Shown piece by piece: positions 39,351 to 49,863 of a stretch of DNA of 64,000 bases (positions are counted from its first letter, which is position 1; each line of letters begins with the position of its first letter). A program made the position numbers and the translations under genes. The notes beneath the pieces are model-generated. The model saw nothing but the letters and a program-made list of their open reading frames with translations, searched no databases and was not told where the DNA came from. The stretch lies in the NCBI GenBank assembly GCA_028825265.1, contig JAPKAM010000002.1, positions 4,420 through 68,419 on the forward strand, read 5' to 3'. Origin of the DNA: Planctomycetota bacterium (GTDB lineage Bacteria; Planctomycetota; UBA8108; UBA1146).

Positions 39351-42188
39351 ATGAAGTTCTCATTTCCCAGTTCTCTGACCTTTTCAGCGGCGATCGTACT
39401 GCTGGCCACCTCGAATTTGTTTGGTTTCGATCTCGATGAGCGAACTGAACTCCTTCATCTGATCGAGACGGGCCAGTACCAGGAAGCCACCGATTGGATC
39501 GAAGAAGAGCCAGGGATTTTCCCATTACTCGAGGCTCGTCTGTTGCGGGAAACAGGGCACTCTGAGCAAGCTCTGAAGTCATTGACCTCGCACGCAAGAT
39601 TCATCGAAGGGGATCCAGATTTGCTGGCGGCGGCTGCCGGCCTGGAACTGAATCGAGGGAATGACGAGCGAGCCGAGGCTTATCTTCTCAGGGCGTTAGA
39701 TGCGAAACCGAAGCACATCGAGGCCGGGAGTCGACTCGGGTTGCTAAAGATCAAACTAGGAAAACGATCTGAAGGTGAAAAGAAACTTCGAGAGATCCTC
39801 GACATCTACAAGAAGATGTCGAGAGAAGAGGCTCAACAGTTAAGCCCCGAGCAGTTCGTTTGGTTCGGCAAGTCTTGTGAAGGGCTCAATCGGTTTCGTG
39901 ATGCCTACGAAGTGATGTACGACAGTGCATTGTATCTCGACAAGAACTCCGTAGCGGCTCATGCCGCCAGTGGTATGGCTCTCAACAGCAAGTACAACTA
40001 CCCAGACTCTCGAAGCCATTTCCGTGACGCACTCTCCACCAATCCGCGACATGTCGAATCGCTGATCGGTTTGGCTCGATCGACCTGGTCCGACTATCGA
40101 TTTCCGGGAGAACGTGGCAAGGAGGTCGATCAACTGATTGCCAGGGCCAAGGCTGTTTCCAGCAACTATCCGGCGATGTTGATCTTGGAGGGGGACCTCG
40201 CCTTCGGGTCGGAGCGCTGGGAACAGGCGGAACAACTGTACCGAGAGGTGCTCGAAAACGATGCGGGACATCAGCAAGCTCAGGGGCTGCTCGCTGCGGT
40301 ACTGTGGGCCACCGCCCGCCTCGAAGAGTTCGAGCGACTACAAACCAGTGTTGAAGAGGCGCACCCTGCGCCGGCTGTCTTCCATGTCACCCTGGCGGAG
40401 AGGCTGGTGGATCGATTTTTCTACAGGGAATCATCTGAACACGCCCAGAAGGCGATGGAACTCGACCCCGGGTTGGCGAAGTCTTATGCGATCTTCTCCA
40501 TCAACGCACTGCGGAGTGGCCTCGAGGAAGAGGGGAGAGCTGCGCTTGAAGAGGCGTGGCTGAGAGATAAATACAATGTGTGGGTGAAAAATACTCGAAC
40601 CCTGATGTCTCATATCGATGAGAAATTCATCACCAGGGAAGAAGACGGCCTGGTCATCCGTATGCGCAGCGATGAGGAGCCGTGGTTGATGCCATATATC
40701 CTTCCGTTGCTTCTTGAAACGCGAGCGATGCTCGATCGAGATTACGAAACCGTCATCTATAGACCTCTGACTGTGGAAGATTTTTCGGATCACTCCTATT
40801 TTTCCGCTCGGTCGATTGGATTGCCCGGCTTGGCAGCGAGTGGAGTTTGCTTCGGTCGCCTCGTCACCCTGACCACACCGCATGCGATTCCTGGAAACTG
40901 GGGAGCGGTAGCAGTACATGAGTTTGCCCATGTGGCGACCTTGCAAAAAGCGAAGCACCGGATCCCGAGATGGTTTGGCGAGGGATTGTCAGTGTACGAG
41001 GAGGGGCGTACTCAGCCGCGTTGGAAGCGCAATGAACCGTTATTGATGGCCTCTGAATTCCACGGCGGAACACTTCGTGGAATCGACGATCTACAGGGTG
41101 CATTCATGAGTCCGCGCTGGCGTAACGAGATCATGGTTGGATACGTCCAGAGCGGCCTGATCTGCGAGATGATCGGAGAAACACAAGGGCTCGCAGCGCT
41201 GAGAAATATGCTGGAGGCCTATTCCCGAGGAGATTCGACTCCTGAGGTGATCCGAGGAGTGCTTGATCAGTCAACCGCGCAGTTCGATGCCCAAATGAAG
41301 AAATGGCTCGGATCCTGGATCCTGGCCAGTGGAGTCGGCCCCAGTTTCCAGCAGCGACATGTCGGCCATCTGAAAGAACGCGCCGAAAAATCGGCAGATG
41401 ATGCGTCTGCGTGGGCATGGTTAGCGGCTGCCTATCTTGGCGCGGGGCGCAAGGCCGATGCAGAACTTTCGATGGGGAAGGCCAGCAAACTCGATGCGGG
41501 GAATGCAGATCTCGTCGCAGTGCAGGGCTGGATGCAACTGAGAGATGGCAAGGTCGATAGCGGAATCGAATCGATGCGAAAGGCGATTGTAGGGGAATCG
41601 ATCTGGACTTATCGATGCCAGATCTTGTTGGCTCAGCAATTACGCAAGCGTGGTGACAGTCAGGAAGCGCTGGACCTTTACGCCGCGGCCACGCAAAGGG
41701 CACCCGGTTCGACCCGCTCGCCGGTCGGCGGGCGAAGTCCGTGGCTCGAACTGGCGACGATTCAGGAAGATCTGGGTTTCGCAGAGGATTCCATCGATGC
41801 ACTGCGAGCACAGGTCATGAACGATCGTGATGACGCTCCGACACGGCTGGCACTGGCACAGAGAATGGCGCAGAAGGAAGATTGGTCAGCGGTGATCGAT
41901 GCGGCGTGGGATCTCCCCTTCATTACTCCCTATGACGATGAAGGTCATCAATTGCTGGCCAAGGCTTTCATTCATGTCGAGGCGTGGGGGAAGGCCCGGA
42001 TCGAACTGGAACTGCGACTCGCCGCCGAGAGTCCTCCATTGAAGGAGGTCTATCCTGATTATTGCTGGGTGCTGTGGAAGTTGGGTGAGAAGGAGAAGGC
42101 GCTGAAGTTCGCCATCCGTGCCCTGCGTCTCGCCCCAGCATCGGTCAGGGCTCAGCAGGTCCAGGATGCACTGGAATCGGAAGACTGA
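39351..42188 (+). CDS. Secreted TPR protein with central peptidase-MA-like gluzincin domain
   Basis: Signal peptide; many TPR-like helices; AVHEFAHV...PRWFGEGLSVY zinc motif. Confidence 0.82.
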   Translation: MKFSFPSSLTFSAAIVLLATSNLFGFDLDERTELLHLIETGQYQEATDWIEEEPGIFPLLEARLLRETGHSEQALKSLTSHARFIEGDPDLLAAAAGLELNRGNDERAEAYLLRALDAKPKHIEAGSRLGLLKIKLGKRSEGEKKLREILDIYKKMSREEAQQLSPEQFVWFGKSCEGLNRFRDAYEVMYDSALYLDKNSVAAHAASGMALNSKYNYPDSRSHFRDALSTNPRHVESLIGLARSTWSDYRFPGERGKEVDQLIARAKAVSSNYPAMLILEGDLAFGSERWEQAEQLYREVLENDAGHQQAQGLLAAVLWATARLEEFERLQTSVEEAHPAPAVFHVTLAERLVDRFFYRESSEHAQKAMELDPGLAKSYAIFSINALRSGLEEEGRAALEEAWLRDKYNVWVKNTRTLMSHIDEKFITREEDGLVIRMRSDEEPWLMPYILPLLLETRAMLDRDYETVIYRPLTVEDFSDHSYFSARSIGLPGLAASGVCFGRLVTLTTPHAIPGNWGAVAVHEFAHVATLQKAKHRIPRWFGEGLSVYEEGRTQPRWKRNEPLLMASEFHGGTLRGIDDLQGAFMSPRWRNEIMVGYVQSGLICEMIGETQGLAALRNMLEAYSRGDSTPEVIRGVLDQSTAQFDAQMKKWLGSWILASGVGPSFQQRHVGHLKERAEKSADDASAWAWLAAAYLGAGRKADAELSMGKASKLDAGNADLVAVQGWMQLRDGKVDSGIESMRKAIVGESIWTYRCQILLAQQLRKRGDSQEALDLYAAATQRAPGSTRSPVGGRSPWLELATIQEDLGFAEDSIDALRAQVMNDRDDAPTRLALAQRMAQKEDWSAVIDAAWDLPFITPYDDEGHQLLAKAFIHVEAWGKARIELELRLAAESPPLKEVYPDYCWVLWKLGEKEKALKFAIRALRLAPASVRAQQVQDALESED

Positions 42189-42261
42189 TCAGTGGAGGGG
42201 AAATCGCTTCTCAGAGGACTCAGGAGTGCGAATTCAGCCTTTTTGATCTTACTCGATTTCC

Positions 42262-42290
42262 TTGACCTCTTTCTGGGCCGTTGCTACCTT
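42262..42290 (+). promoter_or_regulatory. Sigma70-type promoter of the atp operon
   Basis: TTGACC (42262-42267), 17-nt spacer ending in TGn, TACCTT (42285-42290); about 70 nt upstream of the first atp gene. Confidence 0.7.
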
Positions 42291-42360
42291 CCCTCCTTGC
42301 TGCGAGGTCGCTTTCAAGGTTTCCAGGTCATCTTCCAGAGGCCGATCAGGAGCATCGACG

Positions 42361-42663
42361 ATGAGCCATACCTCGAATTCCGAACCTGACGGAGATCCAG
42401 CGAAAGCGGCCGCCATCGTGCGTCTGTCGACACTGGGGTTCCAGGTTGTCCTCACCTTCATCGCCCTCGCTTTCGGGGGGAATTGGTTGGATGGCAAGTT
42501 CGAAATCGCTCCGTACGGAACTCTCGCGGGAATCGGACTGGGACTGGTTGCCATGGTGAAGATCTTGTTGCAAGAAGGTCAGGGTCCGCGAACTGATCGA
42601 GAGGATCGATCTCTCGGCGGTGAAGACGAGACCCGATCCGCCGGAGCCGGGGATAGGGAATGA
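42361..42663 (+). CDS. AtpZ/AtpI-family protein (ATPase gene 1)
   Basis: GNWLDGKF..APYGTLAGIGLG pattern; two TM helices; first gene of the atp operon; ATG 42361. Confidence 0.8.
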   Translation: MSHTSNSEPDGDPAKAAAIVRLSTLGFQVVLTFIALAFGGNWLDGKFEIAPYGTLAGIGLGLVAMVKILLQEGQGPRTDREDRSLGGEDETRSAGAGDRE

Positions 42664-43160
42664 GTCTCTTCCAGGTCTTTCTGGCGAGAAGTGCCGGGAT
42701 CGTGCTGGTGACCAGCGGAATCGCTGCGAAATTTGTGAGTGACGAGTGGGGTAACGGTGCGCTGATGTGCATCACCTGGAGTGGCTTCTGGGCAGTCGGA
42801 CTGGGAGTCCTTGGATTCCGCAGTTTGAGAAAAACGCTCACCTGCGAGTCGAACAAGATGGCTGGCGAGATGTTGTTGGGTGTGGTGCAACGAGCGTTTG
42901 TGCTCTTTGCGAGCATGGGCCTGGCCCACGCCTTCGCCGAGGGTGTTAACGGTTCCGGAGGTCTGTGGAGCCCACGAGCGCTGCTGGCGACGACGGTCCT
43001 GTACATGCTGGTGTTGGGAGTGGAGATCGCGACCCTCGCTCAAGCGCTGTCGCGAGGAGAACTGGTACTGTCCACCTCGGTGAAAAGTGGCCAGCAAAAG
43101 AGTGACAAAACAAAGAACGAAGAACGTCCCAATGGGGCCAAGGAAGAGGCAGTTGAATGA
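42660..43160 (+). CDS. ATP synthase protein I-like membrane protein
   Basis: Four hydrophobic helices; occupies the atpI position between atpZ-like gene and atpB with overlapping start/stop codons. Confidence 0.6.
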   Translation: MSLFQVFLARSAGIVLVTSGIAAKFVSDEWGNGALMCITWSGFWAVGLGVLGFRSLRKTLTCESNKMAGEMLLGVVQRAFVLFASMGLAHAFAEGVNGSGGLWSPRALLATTVLYMLVLGVEIATLAQALSRGELVLSTSVKSGQQKSDKTKNEERPNGAKEEAVE

Positions 43161-43933
43161 GCGGGTTGATGATGATCCTGGCAAGTAGTGATCCACTGAG
43201 CCACGTGCTCGATCACGATTTGCATTGGCTCACCGACAACTTACAGGTGACCAAGCATGTTCTGATGCTCATCCTCTCGGCGTTCATCTGCATCTCCATC
43301 TTCCCGATGATCGGGAAGAAAATTGCCGGCGGAGTTCCAGGAGGCCGAGCGGCGAGCCTGTTCGAGGTGGTCCTGCTCTACATTCGCGATGAAATGGTCA
43401 AACCATTTCTAGGGGAAGACACCCAGAGATTCTTGCCGTTGATCTGGACCTTCTTCTTCGTGATTCTGTTCTGTAACTTGCTGGGTCTGATACCCGGTTC
43501 TGCGACTGCCACGGGGAACATTAGTGTGACCGCGGGATTGGCAGTGATTTCTCTGGTGACTTACCACTTCGCCGGAGTGCAGCGCAATGGTCTCATTCCA
43601 TACCTCAAGGCGAATCTTCTGGTCGGTCCTGTATACCTGTGGCCGCTGATGATCCCGATTGAAATCGGTGGACACATCATCAAGCCGTGTGCACTGGCGA
43701 TTCGACTTTTTGCAAACATGGTCGGTGGACACATCATGTTGGCTGTGATCCTCGGTTTTGCCGGGATCATCTCTGCCGAGAATATGCTGACAGGATCGGT
43801 GATCACCGTCGTGTCAGTCTTGAGTAGCGTGATGTTGACATTTCTCGAGTTACTGGTGGCCTTCATACAGGCCTACATTTTCGCATTCCTGACGACGGTT
43901 TTTCTGTCGTTAGCATTACATCCGGAACATTAG
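43157..43933 (+). CDS. atpB: F1Fo ATP synthase subunit a
   Basis: NLLGLIP; ATGNISVT; IRLFANM (essential Arg); LELLVAFIQAYIF. Confidence 0.97.
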   Translation: MSGLMMILASSDPLSHVLDHDLHWLTDNLQVTKHVLMLILSAFICISIFPMIGKKIAGGVPGGRAASLFEVVLLYIRDEMVKPFLGEDTQRFLPLIWTFFFVILFCNLLGLIPGSATATGNISVTAGLAVISLVTYHFAGVQRNGLIPYLKANLLVGPVYLWPLMIPIEIGGHIIKPCALAIRLFANMVGGHIMLAVILGFAGIISAENMLTGSVITVVSVLSSVMLTFLELLVAFIQAYIFAFLTTVFLSLALHPEH

Positions 43934-43965
43934 TCATCCGAAACTTGACCCTTCGGGGGCAATAA

Positions 43966-44304
<339 letters not shown>

Positions 44305-44323
44305 GGCAGTCGGTGGTGCTAGA

Positions 44324-44905
44324 GTGATCCAGATCCTTTCGGTTCTGATCCTGTCCTTGGTGCTTTCCACCAGCCAGTTACTGGCATCCGATGCCGCTGG
44401 TGGTGAGAAGAAGGGATTGCTCGATCCTGACATGGAAACCTTCATCTACACGGTGGTGGTTTTCGTGCTAGCGTTCTTGGTGCTTAAGAAGAAGGCCTGG
44501 GGGCCGATCGCAATCGCACTGGACGAGCGTGATGCAAAGATTCGCGAGTCTCTCGAGGCCGCGGATCGGATGCGAGAGGAACAGAAGGCCTTCCAGGCAG
44601 AGCAGGAGAAGGTGCTCGCCGAGGCTCGCAAGGAAGCCAGCGCCCTAGTGGCTGAGGGCAAACGTGATGCCGAGGTCGTCCGCGACCAAGTCGTCGCAGA
44701 TGCTCGTACACAGGCTGAGGACCTAAAGACCAAGGCGTTGTCCGAGATCGATCAGGCGAAGGAAAAGGCAGTCGACGAGATCAGCACTCGGGCGATTGAT
44801 CTTTCGATCTTGATTTCCGAGAAGTTGATCGGTCATTCGGTGACCAGCGACGATCACGAACGTATCGCCCGTGAAACCATTTCAGAGTACGAGAAGATCA
44901 ATTAG
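44324..44905 (+). CDS. atpF: F1Fo ATP synthase subunit b
   Basis: TM helix then KKKAWGPIAIALDERDAKIRESL; long Ala/Glu/Lys helix. GTG start 44324. Confidence 0.93.
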   Translation: MIQILSVLILSLVLSTSQLLASDAAGGEKKGLLDPDMETFIYTVVVFVLAFLVLKKKAWGPIAIALDERDAKIRESLEAADRMREEQKAFQAEQEKVLAEARKEASALVAEGKRDAEVVRDQVVADARTQAEDLKTKALSEIDQAKEKAVDEISTRAIDLSILISEKLIGHSVTSDDHERIARETISEYEKIN

Positions 44906-44911
44906 GAGTTT

Positions 44912-45499
44912 GTGATGGCAGCAGGCATCAAACAAAGGCATCCGGTTGCGCAGGCATATGCCCGTGCGTTGATGGAGATTGGCTCCGCCAGCGGCGAGGC
45001 CGATCTTTATGGTGACCAGTTGGATGCCCTGACAGAAGCAGTCGAGTCCGATGCCAGCTTCAAGGTGTTCTTGGAGAGCCCCAAGATTCGTCGCGGGGAC
45101 AAAAAAAGCACGCTGGAGAAGGCTCTTCAGGGAAAAGTAGCGGACCCGGTTTTGAACCTGGTTCGAATCCTGATCGACCGGAATCGGCAAAATTTGATCG
45201 ACGATATCGCACAGGCGTACAGGGAACAGATTGATAAGGCCGCGGGCAGGATCAATGCGATCATCACCTCTGCAACAGAACTCTCTGCAGAGGTTCGGGA
45301 CGCCCTGACGGCAGCGATCGAGAAGAAATTAAACAAAGTGGTGGTTTCGACCGAGCAAGTCGATGCTGCCCTCTTGTCTGGATTGACAGTCCAGATCGGT
45401 GATTTGGTTGTCGACGGTAGCCTTCGCACTCAATTGCGGAAGGTCCGTCAAGAAGTGTCACTAACTCGATTCGGGAAAGACCTGATCGATGAAAATTAA
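44912..45499 (+). CDS. atpH: F1 subunit delta
   Basis: VAQAYARAL; FLESP; [16 protein letters not shown]. Confidence 0.95.
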   Translation: MMAAGIKQRHPVAQAYARALMEIGSASGEADLYGDQLDALTEAVESDASFKVFLESPKIRRGDKKSTLEKALQGKVADPVLNLVRILIDRNRQNLIDDIAQAYREQIDKAAGRINAIITSATELSAEVRDALTAAIEKKLNKVVVSTEQVDAALLSGLTVQIGDLVVDGSLRTQLRKVRQEVSLTRFGKDLIDEN

Positions 45500-47012
45500 T
45501 GCAGATGAGATCTCCTCTGTCCTCAAGAAGGAGATCGAAAATTACCAGTCTGACCTCGCAGTGGATGAGGTCGGAACCATTCTCGAGGTGGGAGACGGAA
45601 TCGCCAGGATCTATGGCATCTCAAACTGCATGGCAGGTGAGATGTTGGAGTTTTCCAACGGCGCTAACGGTCTCGCATTCAACCTCGAAGAAAACTCCAT
45701 CGGAGCTGTAGTTCTCGGTGAGTTCGCTACCCTCAAGGAGGGAGACGAAGTCAAGAGAACCGGCACTGTCATGCAGGTACCCTGTGGAGAGGCGTTGCTC
45801 GGACGGGTCGTAGACCCGCTCGGTAATCCTCTCGACGGCAAGGGCCCGATCAAGACGGAACATTTCCGCGCAGTGGAATCTGCTGCGCCGGGAATCGCGG
45901 ACCGGAAATCGGTTCACGAGCCGCTCCAGACCGGGATCAAGGCGATCGACTCGACGATCCCCATCGGTAGGGGTCAGCGAGAATTGATCATCGGTGACCG
46001 GGGGATCGGAAAGACCACCATTGCCATCGACACCATCATCAACCAGCGCGACAGCGGCGTGATCTGCGTCTACGTTGCGGTGGGGCAAAAGGGATCGACG
46101 ATCGCTGGCGTGGTGGACCGTCTCGAGCGTGAGGGCGCCATGGCATACACCATAGTGGTCAGTGCTCCGGCGTCGTGCCCTGCTCCGTTGCAGTACATCG
46201 CTCCCTATTCGGGTGCTGCCATGGCCGAGTACTTCATGTACAAGGGCGGGCACACTCTATGTGTGTACGATGACCTGTCCAAGCAAGCGGCTGCCTATCG
46301 TCAGTTGTCACTGTTGCTTCGTCGTCCTCCGGGACGTGAGGCATACCCAGGAGATGTGTTCTACCTGCACTCTCGCCTTCTGGAACGTTCCGCAAAACTC
46401 TCCGACGATCTCGGCGGAGGTTCGATGACTGCACTTCCAGTGATCGAGACGCAGGAGGGTGAGGTGTCCGCCTACATTCCGACCAACGTGATTTCGATCA
46501 CCGATGGTCAGATCTACCTCGAGCCAAATCTGTTCTACGCTGGCCAGCGGCCTGCCGTAAACGTTGGAATCTCGGTTTCCAGGGTGGGTGGTAACGCACA
46601 GATCAAGGCGATGAAGAAGATTGCCGGTTCACTGCGTCTCGACCTCTCTGCATTCAGGGAGTTGGAAGCATTTGCCCAGTTGGGAACCGACCTCGACAAG
46701 GCGACACAAGCCCAACTCGACCGTGGTTTCCGGATGGTGGAAATTCTTAAGCAGCCGCAGTACAAGCCGATGCCCATCTCAGAACAAGTGGTGGTGATCT
46801 GGTGTGGTGCAAATGGACATCTCGATAATCTACCTATCAATTCGCTGGCAGATTTCGAAGACAAGTTGCTCAACCACATGCGTAGCGAGTTCCCCGAGAT
46901 TCTCGAGGGGATTGCCACTGCAGGAGAGATGAGCAAAGAGGAAGAGGCGAATCTCACAAAGGTCGTCTCTGACTTCAACAAGGACTTCAGTGCCAAGTTG
47001 CCGCAAGGCTAG
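45489..47012 (+). CDS. atpA: F1 subunit alpha
   Basis: [10 protein letters not shown]; GDRGIGKT; [23 protein letters not shown]. Confidence 0.99.
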   Translation: MKINADEISSVLKKEIENYQSDLAVDEVGTILEVGDGIARIYGISNCMAGEMLEFSNGANGLAFNLEENSIGAVVLGEFATLKEGDEVKRTGTVMQVPCGEALLGRVVDPLGNPLDGKGPIKTEHFRAVESAAPGIADRKSVHEPLQTGIKAIDSTIPIGRGQRELIIGDRGIGKTTIAIDTIINQRDSGVICVYVAVGQKGSTIAGVVDRLEREGAMAYTIVVSAPASCPAPLQYIAPYSGAAMAEYFMYKGGHTLCVYDDLSKQAAAYRQLSLLLRRPPGREAYPGDVFYLHSRLLERSAKLSDDLGGGSMTALPVIETQEGEVSAYIPTNVISITDGQIYLEPNLFYAGQRPAVNVGISVSRVGGNAQIKAMKKIAGSLRLDLSAFRELEAFAQLGTDLDKATQAQLDRGFRMVEILKQPQYKPMPISEQVVVIWCGANGHLDNLPINSLADFEDKLLNHMRSEFPEILEGIATAGEMSKEEEANLTKVVSDFNKDFSAKLPQG

Positions 47013-47029
47013 CGGGACGAGGAGATAGC

Positions 47030-47914
47030 GTGGCCACCTCGAGAGAGCTGAAAAACAAGATCCGGTCGGTGAATAACACCAAGAAGATCACGCGGACGAT
47101 GGAGATGATCTCCACCGCCAAGGCTGTGGTTTGTCAGAGAAGGATCGAAGCGACCCAGCCGTACGGAGATAAACTGGCAGAGATTCTGCGAGATCTCGGT
47201 GGCAGCGCGGATGGCCTTTCCGGTAGTTTCCCGCTGCTGAGAGAGGTGGAGCATCCGTCTAGCGAGGCGTTGTTTATCGTCACGGCCAATCGTGGTCTCT
47301 GTGGCGGCTACAACTCCAATGCGCTGAAGATGGCCGAACAGCACATCGATGCGCAGGCGGCAAAAGGTATTTCAGTCGCTGTCTACATGCTGGGAAAGAA
47401 GGGGATCAGCCGCTTCAAGTACCTTGGCCGTGACACCGTCGAGTCGCTGACTCAGTTCGAGGATCGTCCCACCTTCGAGGAGGCGGAAGCGGTCATCTCT
47501 CCGGTGATGGAGAGTTTTGAAAAGGGCGAGATCGATGGCCTCTCTGTGGTGTTCACGCACTACATCAATGCGGCACGTCAGAAGCCCGTTTTGCGTACGC
47601 TGCTACCGATCTCCGTGGATGAGGCGGTCGACGATAGCAGTTCCAAGGGTGGTGGCGGTGAGTTCATTCTCGAGCCGAGCCCAGAACTGATCCTGGGACG
47701 GCTCTTGCCGCTCTCATTGAAAATGCAATTTTTCCAGGCGTTGGTGGAAGCTGCGGCCAGTGAGCAGATTGCTCGCAGAATGGCGATGAAGAATGCGACC
47801 GACAATGCAGAAGAAATGGCGACGAAATACACTCAGCTCTACAACCGTACGCGTCAGGCAGCGATCACCCAGGAGATCCTGGAAGTGATCGGTGGCGCCG
47901 AAGTGTTGAACTGA
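47030..47914 (+). CDS. atpG: F1 subunit gamma
   Basis: KITRTMEMIS; NRGLCGGYN; ARRMAMKNATDNA; RQAAITQEI. Confidence 0.98.
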   Translation: MATSRELKNKIRSVNNTKKITRTMEMISTAKAVVCQRRIEATQPYGDKLAEILRDLGGSADGLSGSFPLLREVEHPSSEALFIVTANRGLCGGYNSNALKMAEQHIDAQAAKGISVAVYMLGKKGISRFKYLGRDTVESLTQFEDRPTFEEAEAVISPVMESFEKGEIDGLSVVFTHYINAARQKPVLRTLLPISVDEAVDDSSSKGGGGEFILEPSPELILGRLLPLSLKMQFFQALVEAAASEQIARRMAMKNATDNAEEMATKYTQLYNRTRQAAITQEILEVIGGAEVLN

Positions 47915-47954
47915 TTCAAATTGGATATACCGGCGAGCTTATGCCGTCGGATAA

Positions 47955-49412
<1,458 letters not shown>

Positions 49413-49416
49413 AGAG

Positions 49417-49683
49417 ATGGCCGGCACGCTACGCTGCTCGGTACTTTCGCCCGATGGAGAGGTCTTCGATGGCGAAGTATCCTTCGTCGAAGCCCACGCA
49501 CTCGACGGCCGTCTCGGGATCTTGCCGGGGCACGCTCCGCTCATCACCGCACTGGGTGAGGGGCCTTTGAGGGTCACCCTGGAAAACTCCGAGGATCGAA
49601 AATGGAGCGTTTCGGGGGGATTTCTCGAAGTCTTGGCGAACCATGTCTCCGTGGTGGCGGAAGGCTTGCGCGAGCAAGAATAG
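49417..49683 (+). CDS. atpC: F1 subunit epsilon, short form (N-terminal beta-sandwich only)
   Basis: VLSPDG; GRLGILPGHAPLIT; SGGFLEV; ends after 88 aa. Confidence 0.92.
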   Translation: MAGTLRCSVLSPDGEVFDGEVSFVEAHALDGRLGILPGHAPLITALGEGPLRVTLENSEDRKWSVSGGFLEVLANHVSVVAEGLREQE

Positions 49684-49708
49684 CACAAGTACAACTGGCA
49701 AAATGACT

Positions 49709-49746
49709 TGTGGCGGTCTCGCATGGTCGGGGCCGCCACATTTTTT
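49709..49746 (+). terminator. Intrinsic terminator of the atp operon
   Basis: Stem TGTGGCGGTC / GGCCGCCACA (one G-U pair) followed directly by T6, 26 nt after the atpC stop. Confidence 0.88.
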
Positions 49747-49768
49747 GTCATGATAACGACTGCGAACC

Positions 49769-49798
49769 GAAATTTGGGACTATCGGTACACCGTCTCA
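49769..49798 (+). promoter_or_regulatory. Possible ECF-sigma-type promoter for the repeat protein gene
   Basis: GAAATTT-N16-CGTCTCA resembles the GGAACTT-N16-GTC ECF consensus; lies between the atp terminator and the GAGGAGG RBS at 49854-49860. Confidence 0.25.
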
Positions 49799-49863
49799 TC
49801 CGGGAAGATTGAGGAGATACTGAAATTCTAATCGGGCTATTTCAAACCTTCTGAGGAGGATCC

